Origin: Gemmatimonadota bacterium
GTDB taxonomy: Bacteria; Gemmatimonadota; Gemmatimonadetes; Gemmatimonadales; Gemmatimonadaceae
Assembly: GCA_040389905.1 (NCBI GenBank)
Contig: JAZJZK010000001.1
Span: 1-47,385 of the forward strand
Length of the DNA stretch: 47,385 nt
Direction: 5' to 3'
The notes beneath the pieces were generated by a model, which had not been told where the DNA came from, searched no databases, and saw nothing but the letters and a program-made list of their open reading frames with translations. The position numbers were made by a program, and so were the translations under genes. Below, piece by piece: positions 38,020-47,385 of the stretch (positions within the stretch are counted from its first letter, which is position 1; the number at the start of each line of letters is the position of its first letter).

Positions 38020-38822
38020 TCAGTGTGCGAGGACAAGCCCTTCGGCAGCGGCGGTTGAGCGGAGCAGCTTCGTCACCATGATGCCCACGAATTCTTCTTG
38101 GCGCAGACTGTCGCACACGAGTCTCGGAGTGACTCCGGTCCACTCCCGCACGAGATCGCTGAGCGTTTGCGGATCTGCGAACCCGAGTCTCGCGCTCACA
38201 TGCTTCATTCGCCCGCCTTGCATGCGCAACAGCGAGTACGCACGCACGACATACGCGCAGTTGACGATATCGCGGGGCTGCAACCCGGCGGCCGCCATGT
38301 GTCGGTACATTGACCGCCGTGTCATACCGGCGACTCGCGCCAACTCGGCACCGTGTCGTATCGAAGATGGCGTTCGAAAGAGCAAGGCATCGCTCGGATC
38401 AGCGGATCCGGCAGCGTCGACGTGAGCCTGGACACCTCGCGTAGCATCAGTTCTTCGACAGGAGCCGACGCAATTCGTTCGATCAGTTCGAGGACGAGCG
38501 CCGGATCATGGTCGACATCGAAGAGCAATAGATGCCGAACGCCAAGTTGTCCCAGACGGAGGGTCTGGCCCATCGCCTCAGCCGAGACGGCCGTGTACAT
38601 CACGATAGAACAATGATCCAGCGGCGCTCCAGCTGAAATGAAGGCATCCGTGAATGCTCCGTCGCGCCAAGTCGGGTCCACCACCAGGACCTCGGTGTCT
38701 CCCGCGCGGTGCGGCCGAAAGACTTCCAGCGGATCACTGAGGGCTTGAATGTGGTGCGCGTCACCGACCATCGCGGTGAGACGAGTCAGCAAGGCGTCGG
38801 GAAGCAGGGTAGCAATGCGCAC
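38020..38822 (-). pseudogene. AraC-family regulator copy 3, frameshifted near 38388
   Basis: N-part in ORF 38322-38822 (to PDPLIRA), C-part in ORF 38020-38385 (LLFRTPSSIRHGAELARVAGMTRRSMYRH); adding one base restores collinearity with copy 2 (LVRAIELMFRSP). Confidence 0.82.
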
Positions 38823-38837
38823 GTCCGCGTTGCCTGA

Positions 38838-40082
38838 CTACTCGATCGCGGCGACCGCGAGTTCGCGGAGCGATCTCAGGTCGATGGCGATTTCCTCGAG
38901 ATCACTCGGTATGATGGATTCCGGCGTCGGAATTCGCTGGTCTAGCGGTGCGTCATTGACGGCGAGGGCATCTTCGGCGGCGAAGATGAGTTGATTGAAG
39001 GAGTACTCTGAGGCATTCACCAAGGCGCGTTCGAGCCACTCGCGCGCGGCTGCCCGGTTGCCGAGGTACTGATACCCTCTCCCCACATGCAGTTCGAACT
39101 GCGTGCGAAGTGCCGGTGGAAGCGTCGCGCTCAGAAGCTCCTCCTTGTATCGCTCGAAAAGCGATATCGAGGCATCCTGCGCTGCGATTTCCATCAAATT
39201 GATCGTCGCGACCCAACGCGGGGATTGTTCACGTGCCGTCGCGGCAACAATCGTATACGCGTCCCGCGCGGCAGATCGCACGCCGAGCATGAACAGCGCC
39301 GACGCAAAGTCGCTGAGAATCCGCTCCCGCTCCGATGCTGATGTATTCTCTCGGAGCGCGGCGTACCCGAGTCGCACGGCGCGATGGTATTGCCCGCGTT
39401 CAAACGCGACGTTTCCCCGCGTGCGTGCGTGGCTCGCGACCAAACTTCCGTCAGTGAGTGAATACTCGCACGGTGTACCGTGTCGGTCAGGATCTCATCG
39501 GCACGCGGCAAATTGCCGCGGCTGACCGCATTCTTGGCGACTCCAATCTGAGCACGCAACTCACCGCTGACGAAACCGATCGCAATCGCCCGGTTGCGGG
39601 CTGTCTCGTGCGTTGCCGCCGCGCCAGCGAGCTCGCCAAGCTCCCGGAAACAGGCTCCACGGCGGTTCAACGCGTCGACAACGAGCGAACCAGTGGCGTG
39701 AACATCGAAGTGCTCGACGATCGTGCCATACACGTCCAGTCCGAGGTGCCATTCCGCTTCGGATTCCAAGGCAAAGCCGTAGTCCATGAGTGCCGAACCT
39801 ATGGCGGTCACCGGCACTTGGAGCGCTCACCGCATCAAGCACACTCTCGAGATGAGCCCGGATCTCGCACGTGTCCGGAATCCGTGCGAACTCCGCGCGG
39901 GCGGACCGCATAAGGCGCGTCACCGGGTCAATCGCGGTCGCTCCGATGCGCATCCACGTATCGAACAGGCGCAACGTAAACAAGCCAGCCCGTACGCGGT
40001 CGGATGTTGGCGCGTCATCGCCGTGCATCGCTAGCTGCTCGATGAACGCCAGATGCCGCAGCGGAAGGGGGTGACTACTCAA
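38838..40082 (-). pseudogene. TPR-like protein copy 3, two frameshifts (near 39793 and 39415)
   Basis: Homology to copy 2 is split over three frames: MSSHPLPLRHLAFIEQL...DRHRFG (TTG 40082), ALMDYG...SRATHARG, GNVAFERGQY...LRSLRELAVAAIE. Confidence 0.82.
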
Positions 40083-40595
40083 CCGCCGACGATCCGTGGT
40101 GACGGACGGATCACTTCTCTGCACAACACGCGCTCGCAACAGGTTGGATTCATCTGGCATCCATTCTGTGTCGCACGCCGCGTTACGGCAAGGTCGCTCA
40201 GCAAAAGGGAACGGTGATCGGTCCCATCCGGCCGTTGCGCCGATCGTTCGCCGCGACGAATCTTGCACCTCGGGCGCATTGTGTCGATGCCATTCGTCCG
40301 TCCGGCCCACCGTCTCAGTGGTCGTCGGTCCGCGATGCGGGTCATCGTCTCTTAGCCAGCGTTGTGCTGTTCTCTCGCGCGCCTATCGGTCAGTTGGCTC
40401 AAACAAGGGGGTAATGTGTCTCAGTTAACGGGTTGTGGCAGTCGATGGCGATCGGGAATCTTAGGTGCACGTACAGTGAGCACAGCAATTCTCGCATTAC
40501 CGATGATCACCACAAACACTCAGCATTCCCTACTCGCCGTGAAGCTCAAGGTACTCCCCCCGATTAGCGGACGAATCAGGACGGTCAAGGGGTTC

Positions 40596-41894
40596 GTGTG
40601 CGCGCGGGTGACACAGTACGCCGCGTTGTGTCTCGTCGCGGGAGCGGAGGCGGGCGTTGCACAGATTCGGTGCCCGCTAACCGAGTGGACCGTGCCGCGC
40701 GCCATCAAGACGGATGCTGGAGTGCTCGCCTACGTCGAAAGTCCCGCGATTCTCCCGTCCGCCAACGGGATTACGCTTGTGGGCTCGCCCACGCTGGAAT
40801 GGGGAGCGAAGGTGGAGCGGTCGGGAACCCGCGACACAATTCGACTCGCGGGCGCGATAGAGCATCCGTGGATTGGTGTGTACGCAGGCCAGACGCTGCA
40901 AGGCATCCCGAGGCCGTTAGGGGCGAACGTGACGCGCAATCCCGTGACCGTGCCACTGCGCGATCATGCAGTGGTGTTCTGGTCGGAAGCGGGCGACTCG
41001 ACGGTGAGCCCGACGCTCATCGCGTCGGAGATCTGGACCGCGACGTTGACCAGCGCGGGAGTCAGGGGGCGCACTCTCGCTCTCGGTGCACAGGAAATCA
41101 GGTGGGGGCGCGGCATGGCCGGATCCGCGCTTGTCGGTGGAGACCCCGCCTTTGCGGCGGCGGCATCAGATCGGAATCCACAGTCGCGGCACCAGGGCAT
41201 CGTCTTCGTCAGGGGGCGTGGTGTGACTTGGAAAACGACCTGGATCGACTTTGCAGGGATGCCGCCGACCTATGTCACCATGGCAGCAAGCGGCAATCAC
41301 GCCGTGGTCGCATTCATAGGGTCGGTCGAAGCCAGAGTATCCGCGACGCAGGGAGTGTTCGTCGTCGAGTCGACCGATGGTGGTGCCACCTGGACGGCAC
41401 CATCCGCGGTTCACGTGTTCGCCAATGGGGAGTACAGCGGTGCACCACGACTGACGCTCGAGTCATCAGGCCGAATGTCTCTGTTCTGGGGCGTGAGATA
41501 TGAGCCACGGTCGACTTTCGAACGGATCGCGATCGCGTCGTTTGATCCTGGCGCTCGTTCCTGGACGATCGATTCACCACTCTCGTTCGCCGACGGTAGC
41601 AATGTGCTGGATGTTCTCCTGGGTCCCGGAAACGTGCCCTGGGTACTCACACGCAGCTCACCCGGGCACACGCTTCGCATCTCTCGGCGCGATCAACCCG
41701 GCTCGACCTGGGAAACCGGTGTGCTTCCACTCGGACATATCGCCGCCTCGGTGCCGACAATGGCGTTTCTCGACTCGAACCGCTTGCTCGTTGCCGTCGG
41801 CGTGCCATTCGGGCCGTCGGAAATTGGCGGCTTGATCCTTCCACAACCGGTACTCATGACGATGGAGCACACGCTTTCGTGCGCCCCTCGGTGA
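40596..41894 (+). CDS. Hypothetical secreted beta-rich protein with a BNR/Asp-box motif
   Basis: Open frame from 40362; GTG 40596 after AAGGGG gives a signal-like N-terminus ending GVA-Q; ESTDGGATW Asp-box. Start uncertain. Confidence 0.6.
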   Translation: MCARVTQYAALCLVAGAEAGVAQIRCPLTEWTVPRAIKTDAGVLAYVESPAILPSANGITLVGSPTLEWGAKVERSGTRDTIRLAGAIEHPWIGVYAGQTLQGIPRPLGANVTRNPVTVPLRDHAVVFWSEAGDSTVSPTLIASEIWTATLTSAGVRGRTLALGAQEIRWGRGMAGSALVGGDPAFAAAASDRNPQSRHQGIVFVRGRGVTWKTTWIDFAGMPPTYVTMAASGNHAVVAFIGSVEARVSATQGVFVVESTDGGATWTAPSAVHVFANGEYSGAPRLTLESSGRMSLFWGVRYEPRSTFERIAIASFDPGARSWTIDSPLSFADGSNVLDVLLGPGNVPWVLTRSSPGHTLRISRRDQPGSTWETGVLPLGHIAASVPTMAFLDSNRLLVAVGVPFGPSEIGGLILPQPVLMTMEHTLSCAPR

Positions 41895-41951
41895 GTGCTG
41901 TGCGCGGCGCCCAAACGGGCGCGCATAACTCATCCCTCGAGGAGGTCCTGC

Positions 41952-43361
41952 ATGAAGGCGTTGCGACGGCTGTCTGCCACTCTCGTGTTGGGGTACGCCA
42001 TGATTGGTGGATGCGCCGACGTCGGGACATCCCCGCGCTCGGATACCAGCAGCTCCGGTCAGGCTGGAAACCACCCCAATCCTACGAGTTCCCGTGCGGC
42101 ACACGTGTTCTCCGGAGCCGAGGCCGACTCGATGGCGTCCGCGACGGCGGCGCGCTGGGCCGCGCTTGGCGATGACCGCTTCAAGCACGCGCTCGAGCGC
42201 GACGCGGCGAAGCACAGCGCCGCGATCGCCGCTTTTGCAGCGCGACAGAAGCATTCGACCATTGCTGCCTCGTTACTTCCGGCTGGAGATCCCGTGCTCG
42301 ACAACTGGCCGACACCAGCCCTCTTTCCGACCGCTGACATCCTCGCGACGAGTACATCGCCGACCGCGTACCTCGCAGAGGGCGCCGTCACGTCGGCGGT
42401 CACTCTGTTCGGGACGCACGGGGCGAACACGATCACCGCAAGTGCGGTCGCCAGCGACGGCTTCATCATTCGCGATGCCGCGGCGTTCGGCCGAACCTCG
42501 GGTCTCACCCCCGAGGCCAACAACTGCATGCTGAGTTTTCTCACGAATCCGATGTGCAGCTGGACCGGCACGTACATGTCGGGGGTGCTGATCGATCTTG
42601 GAAGTCGGAAGTGCGGAGTGACGATCACCGCACGAGCGGACCATGAGGCCTGGTGGGAGCTTCCATCAGTTTCCATCTCGGCCGGCCACTACTCATTCGG
42701 CACGCCGAGCGTCCGGTGGGGCGATGCCGCGCCCGTTGGCGGTTCGAACACGCCCGGTGGCAATCAACCGTGCATTCCGCCCAACGTACACTTTTCCAAG
42801 TCGGGCGGGGGATCGTCGGCGAATGACGGCGGAACGCTCACGCTGCCATTCGGCGGATCCTCCGTGTCCTTCTCGTCGTCGAGCACCTCGGGGGCGGCGG
42901 CGCTATCGCAGCATCAATGGCTCGTCGACGGGTCCGTCCAGGGCGGTTCTACGAGTTGGAGCGGCGGAATATCAGCGACGGGATCGCACACGATTGCACT
43001 CAACGTCACCGACGCCGCGGGACTTATCGGAATAGCGAGTGCGACGATCGTCGTGCGGCCCAACGAAGACGAATGCAGCGACGCGACGCTCCGAACTTCA
43101 CCGGGCTCACGAAGCACCCTGAACCGGACATCGTCGTTCTTTTCTGCAGAATGTGACCATCCCTGTGACGATCCATTTACCAGCGCTATTGAAGAGTGTG
43201 GTTCTGGCACTGGGGGAGGATCGAGCACGACCGCGTACTTCGTGGAATACCAGTATCCAAGTACCGAACTGGTGTGCGAGAAGTGGCACTACGTCGTAAC
43301 GGTTGGCGGATACTTCTCTAGCGAGTATTGGGAACTGGAAAACTGCCACGAGGCCATGTGA
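41952..43361 (+). CDS. Hypothetical lipoprotein with PKD-like domain and Cys-rich acidic C-terminus
   Basis: GGAGG RBS; lipobox IGGC; VSFSSSS...HQWLVDG...GSHTIALNVTDAAG PKD-like pattern; multiple Cys in the tail. Confidence 0.7.
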   Translation: MKALRRLSATLVLGYAMIGGCADVGTSPRSDTSSSGQAGNHPNPTSSRAAHVFSGAEADSMASATAARWAALGDDRFKHALERDAAKHSAAIAAFAARQKHSTIAASLLPAGDPVLDNWPTPALFPTADILATSTSPTAYLAEGAVTSAVTLFGTHGANTITASAVASDGFIIRDAAAFGRTSGLTPEANNCMLSFLTNPMCSWTGTYMSGVLIDLGSRKCGVTITARADHEAWWELPSVSISAGHYSFGTPSVRWGDAAPVGGSNTPGGNQPCIPPNVHFSKSGGGSSANDGGTLTLPFGGSSVSFSSSSTSGAAALSQHQWLVDGSVQGGSTSWSGGISATGSHTIALNVTDAAGLIGIASATIVVRPNEDECSDATLRTSPGSRSTLNRTSSFFSAECDHPCDDPFTSAIEECGSGTGGGSSTTAYFVEYQYPSTELVCEKWHYVVTVGGYFSSEYWELENCHEAM

Positions 43362-43402
43362 TTACTCCAGTATCAAGCGAAACCTCATTCCCGGAGATGT
43401 GG

Positions 43403-43861
43403 ATGCATAGATCAATCGTGGTGCTCGTGGCGGCTGTGCTCGCGGCCAAGAGTTTAGGGGCCCAAGTAGGTGCGCCGGTGGCAATGGATCATGCGACGGA
43501 GCCATCGAACCAGAAGGAGGAGGTGACGGTCGCGTTGTTCGAGTCCTTCAGCAAGCCGGGCATCGCTGCGGTTATTCGGCGCACCAAAGGCAACAGCGGA
43601 AGGTTGTTAATCGGCGTGAAACGGTCTGCACTGTCGCCGGAATTACTGCGTGCTCTGTTCGCAACCGTCCCCAGCGCTGCGGCGAAGAGGCAAGCGAAAA
43701 TATCGCAGGTCGACATGTATTTTGCTGATGGCCGTGCACTGCCATCAGTTCCGCCGAATGAACGACTGTCAATGCAGCAAGCGATCAATGAGCTTCTCTC
43801 TGCGTCCCCGAAGGAGATTCCCGGGTACGGTAAACGACCCACGATCCGCAGATCACTCTAG
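43403..43861 (+). CDS. Hypothetical small secreted protein
   Basis: GGAG RBS; MHRSIVVLVAAVLAAKSLGA-Q signal peptide; 152 aa; basic. Confidence 0.65.
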   Translation: MHRSIVVLVAAVLAAKSLGAQVGAPVAMDHATEPSNQKEEVTVALFESFSKPGIAAVIRRTKGNSGRLLIGVKRSALSPELLRALFATVPSAAAKRQAKISQVDMYFADGRALPSVPPNERLSMQQAINELLSASPKEIPGYGKRPTIRRSL

Positions 43862-43971
43862 CATCGATGGGCCGGTTGCCGCTCTGAGTCAAATCATGAA
43901 TATCCTTGCTAACGCGATGATGGGTCCGCCGTCGGGGCAGGTAGAGACTTGCTCTCTACCTGCTCTTCCCG

Positions 43972-44979
43972 CTATTGGGCACGCTCCACAACAAACCGCG
44001 TCTTCGTGGTATCCAGCTTCACCAACGCACGACGAATGTCATCGCCGATCGCCTCGATTCGATTGATCGACTTCGGATTGAACTTCGGATCGAACGGACT
44101 GATTGCCGGACCACCAGCCACTTCGAGCACCGCATTGAAGTTGTAGCTATGGGTTTTACCCGTCTTCGGATCCGTCCAGCTCCCATGCCACGCCAGCTCA
44201 CGGTTCTTCGGCCACAGTCCATAGGGCAACGCCAGCGTGCGGATTTTGTAGCCCGGCACCGCCGAGTCGATACCCATCGCGTTGCGAGCGATCTGCTCCT
44301 GTACGGCAGCGTCCGGATACTTGTTCAGCTTCATGTGCCACAACGTGTGCGAGCACAGCTCGAAGCCCTGATCCGCGAGCCACTTCACCTTGAGGAAACG
44401 CCACGCGTTCTTCTGGCCGCCGAACTTCTCCTTGTCGCCGAAGAAATTGTGGCCCGCGGCACCGCCGTTCAGCATGCAGAACACTCCGCGATTCTTCCAC
44501 CCAGGGTGCGTCTTCGCAAAGTCCTCCCAGATCCCCACGGCGCTCGTCGGATCGATGATGAGCTTCCCGTTCTCTTCCTTATACCGGAACTGCGAATCGG
44601 ACGCGTCATCGAACACGAACACGACAGGAGACATCCCGGCGGGCACGTCGCTGAAATCCTTGTCGAGCATCTGCGCGATGGTGATCGGCCGATAGCCACG
44701 CTTGTAGGCCTCCTCCAGGTCGGCGCGATAGCTCTCCGCCGTCCTGGTATAGAGCGTGTTCTTGTCGCCTCCGATCACATGGTACTCGAGCACGGGAATG
44801 CGGCCCTGCGGATGCCCTTCGACCGGACCCACCGTCGGCGTGGCGACCGAAGCAGGGACAGGAATGCTGCCCGCAGCGGAATCAGTCGTCGAAGCACGTG
44901 ATGCCGCTCTATCGGACGCGGCGCCTGAGGAGCAGGCGACGGCCAACACGAGCGAGAGAAGCAGAAAACGGCGATCCAT
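43972..44979 (-). CDS. Polysaccharide deacetylase (CE4/NodB) family lipoprotein
   Basis: Lipobox LAVAC; VLEYH, FVFDDA, SHTLWH, LALPYG; start placed at ATG 44979. Confidence 0.85.
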   Translation of the reverse strand: MDRRFLLLSLVLAVACSSGAASDRAASRASTTDSAAGSIPVPASVATPTVGPVEGHPQGRIPVLEYHVIGGDKNTLYTRTAESYRADLEEAYKRGYRPITIAQMLDKDFSDVPAGMSPVVFVFDDASDSQFRYKEENGKLIIDPTSAVGIWEDFAKTHPGWKNRGVFCMLNGGAAGHNFFGDKEKFGGQKNAWRFLKVKWLADQGFELCSHTLWHMKLNKYPDAAVQEQIARNAMGIDSAVPGYKIRTLALPYGLWPKNRELAWHGSWTDPKTGKTHSYNFNAVLEVAGGPAISPFDPKFNPKSINRIEAIGDDIRRALVKLDTTKTRFVVERAQ

Positions 44980-45082
44980 TTGGAGCCTTCGGGGTGAAAA
45001 GAAGAAGAAATAGTGCATCGCGGCCGGAAACCTGCTTCCGCACCAGACGTACCACACAGATATACACGCCATACCCCACACC

Positions 45083-47263
45083 GTGTTCACCCTCCGCATC
45101 CGCGAGCGGCTCGCGTTCATTCGCGAACAAATCAAACCAACTGCCGAGCCCGCTCGTGTCTGGGCGCGACGGCATTGGCGTTCGCTTGCCGGACTCGCGT
45201 TCGTTTGTGTGAGCGTCATCACCTTCGACGCGTGGCTCGCCACGTGTGGTTTCGAGGGTTGCCCCACGCGAAGCGGAGTTCGCGGTTTCCGTCCCGGGGA
45301 AGGCGGCAGGATCGTCGACCGCAACGACAAGTTCCTCGGACGCATCGCCCTCGTGCGACGCGTGAACGTCCCGCTGGCCGATATTCCGTTGCACGTACGC
45401 CAGGCGTTCCTGGCCACCGAGGACCGGCGCTTCTATTCACACAATGGTCTCGATTGGCGCGGCCTCTTTCGCGCTGCGCTGAGCAACCTCCGGCACGGTG
45501 GTGTCCGCGAGGGCTTCAGCACGATCACGATGCAGGTCGCACGCAACTCGTTCCTCGTGAACAAGCGCTACGGACGTACGCTCCGCCGAAAGCTCATCGA
45601 GCTTCGTCTCACGCGTCTCATCGAGGGTGAACTCACGAAGGATCAGATCCTCGAGCTCTACCTCAACCTCATCTACCTGGGCAATGGGATGAACGGCGTC
45701 GAGGCGGCGAGCCGTGACTTGTTCGGCAAGAGCGTCTCACAGTTATCGGTGAGCGAAGGCGCCATGCTCGCCGCGTTGCCCAAGGGCCCGAGTTCATACA
45801 CGCCCCGTGACCACTATGCGCGCGGTCTCAAGCGTCGCAATCTCGTGTTGTCATTGATGGCAGACGAGGGATACCTCTCGTCGGACGAAGCCGCACGCGC
45901 ACAGGCGCTTCCCCTTCGCATCGCCGAGGACGAATGGCGGCCCGATACCAAGACGGAACCCCTCGCGCTCGACGCCGTGCGTGCGCTCATTGACTCCATC
46001 CGCCCCGACGCGCTCAAGGATGGCGACGTCACCGTCTACACGACACTCGACCTCGCGGCGCAGCGCGCGGCGGATGCCGCGGTCCTCAAGCAAACGACGG
46101 CCGTGACGCGTGAAACGCAGTATGCGGGCGGTCGAGTCCGCGAAGCGGCGCAGGGAGCACTCGTAGCGATGGACCCGCGCACGGGTGACATCCGCGCGCT
46201 CGTCGGCGGACGTCGGAGCAAGCGCGGCTTCAATCGCGCCTTCAACGCCAAGCGCCAGCCGGGTTCTGCCTTCAAGCCGTTCGTGTACGCGGCTGCGATG
46301 AAATACGGGATGACGCCGGCCACGATGGTCGACGACGAGCCGGTGGACGTTCCGCGCGGCCGGGATGATGTCTGGAGTCCTTCGAACTACGACGACAAGT
46401 ACCTCGGCACGATCACGCTCGCGAAAGCGCTCGCCGTGTCGTCCAATGCCGCGGCGGTGCGCGTGAGCCAGAACGTTGGACTGCGGGGGGTGATCGACGC
46501 TGCGCGTCGCAACGGCATCACCAGCCCGATCCCCGAGTTTCCCGCTATGGCCCTCGGCGCGATCGAGGTGACGCCGTTGGAGATCGTCGCGGCCTATGCG
46601 CCATTCGGGAATGGCGGCATGCGCGTGCATCCTCGACTCGTCCGCCGGATCGAAGCCGCGGACGGCACATTGCTCTGGAGCTCGGAGATCGCGCCAGCCG
46701 ACACTGCTATGGACGCGCGTGACGCGTTTCAGGTGACATCCATGCTGCGCGGAGTCGTCGACGGCGGCACTGCGAACACGATTCGTGACATGGGCGTCGT
46801 CGGGCCCGTCGCTGGCAAGACAGGTACGACCAACAACGCGACGGATGTGTGGTTCGTCGGCTACACGCCCACGCTCGTCGCGGGGGTCTGGTTTGGCTAT
46901 GACACGCCTCGGTCGATCGCGCCACATGCGTCGGGCGGGCATCTCGCGGCGCCGGCGTGGGCAGACTTCTATATGAATGGCTGGCGCGAGCCGGCATCGT
47001 CTGCGGAGGGCTGGCCCGTGCCCGCCGGTCTGACGATGCGCGTCATCGACCCGATGACCGGTTTACTCGCGGGACAGTGGTGTCCGGAGAAGAAGCGCGA
47101 ATACTTCAAGTCCGGAAGCGAGCCAACCGAAGTGTGTGAGGTTCACGACGAGCATATCGATGAGCCGGTGTTCGACGTACCGCGCGAGATCCGCGTGCCG
47201 GATCCCATTCGAAAGGGTGTGAACGGCATCGGCAATCTTCTCAAGAAGATCTTTCGGTTCTAG
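45083..47263 (+). CDS. Class A penicillin-binding protein (PBP1A family)
   Basis: 726 aa; transglycosylase EDRRFYSHNG, GFSTITMQVARN, RKLIE, KDQILELYLN; transpeptidase SAFK, SSN, KTG. Confidence 0.93.
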   Translation: MFTLRIRERLAFIREQIKPTAEPARVWARRHWRSLAGLAFVCVSVITFDAWLATCGFEGCPTRSGVRGFRPGEGGRIVDRNDKFLGRIALVRRVNVPLADIPLHVRQAFLATEDRRFYSHNGLDWRGLFRAALSNLRHGGVREGFSTITMQVARNSFLVNKRYGRTLRRKLIELRLTRLIEGELTKDQILELYLNLIYLGNGMNGVEAASRDLFGKSVSQLSVSEGAMLAALPKGPSSYTPRDHYARGLKRRNLVLSLMADEGYLSSDEAARAQALPLRIAEDEWRPDTKTEPLALDAVRALIDSIRPDALKDGDVTVYTTLDLAAQRAADAAVLKQTTAVTRETQYAGGRVREAAQGALVAMDPRTGDIRALVGGRRSKRGFNRAFNAKRQPGSAFKPFVYAAAMKYGMTPATMVDDEPVDVPRGRDDVWSPSNYDDKYLGTITLAKALAVSSNAAAVRVSQNVGLRGVIDAARRNGITSPIPEFPAMALGAIEVTPLEIVAAYAPFGNGGMRVHPRLVRRIEAADGTLLWSSEIAPADTAMDARDAFQVTSMLRGVVDGGTANTIRDMGVVGPVAGKTGTTNNATDVWFVGYTPTLVAGVWFGYDTPRSIAPHASGGHLAAPAWADFYMNGWREPASSAEGWPVPAGLTMRVIDPMTGLLAGQWCPEKKREYFKSGSEPTEVCEVHDEHIDEPVFDVPREIRVPDPIRKGVNGIGNLLKKIFRF

Positions 47264-47385
47264 TACTCAGCGAGGGAGGGTGTTGCGGTGGCGTATAGTG
47301 TCAACCTCCGAACATTGATCAACGAGTTTTACCGCAGAGGGCGGTGCGCCGGGATAAACCGGCGTGGAGTCGCGAATGAAAGAGT

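Noticed and set aside
44980..45417. N-terminal extension of the deacetylase ORF overlapping PBP1A
   Set aside because: The lipoprotein signal begins at ATG 44979; the upstream part is non-protein-like and overlaps the divergent gene.
47376..47385. Start of a next gene (GGAG then ATG AAA GAG)
   Set aside because: Only three codons lie inside the window; no product can be assigned.

Overview
High-GC bacterial chromosomal segment; gene content and style suggest Gemmatimonadota (inference, not verified). 1-29.3 kb is mostly housekeeping: YyaL-like protein, PHP and GT39 membrane pair, MarR, M20 peptidase, ilvE, NfeD/flotillin, Tat esterase, a mycobacterial Sdh1-like succinate dehydrogenase operon, a lipoprotein PQQ dehydrogenase with the lanthanide-type D-x-D motif plus cytochrome c, VOC, an OMP, tamA/tamB-like genes and rho. 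An IS1202-family (ISNCY) element sits at 29720-31232 with a 17-bp target duplication whose right copy is tandemly expanded. The most interesting part is 31.5-43.9 kb: three tandem paralogous cassettes, each an all-helical TPR-like ~410-aa protein plus an atypical receiver-AraC regulator. Cassette 1 is intact and contains an unannotated 41-aa lipoprotein-type peptide gene (33938-34063) that shares a 16-bp upstream motif with its TPR gene; cassettes 2 and 3 carry nonsense or frameshift lesions. This resembles an RRNPP-like peptide signalling system in a diderm (hypothesis). Three orphan secreted-protein genes follow, then a polysaccharide deacetylase and PBP1A. Several intergenic repeat and hairpin families are present. 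No rRNA, tRNA or CRISPR array was seen.
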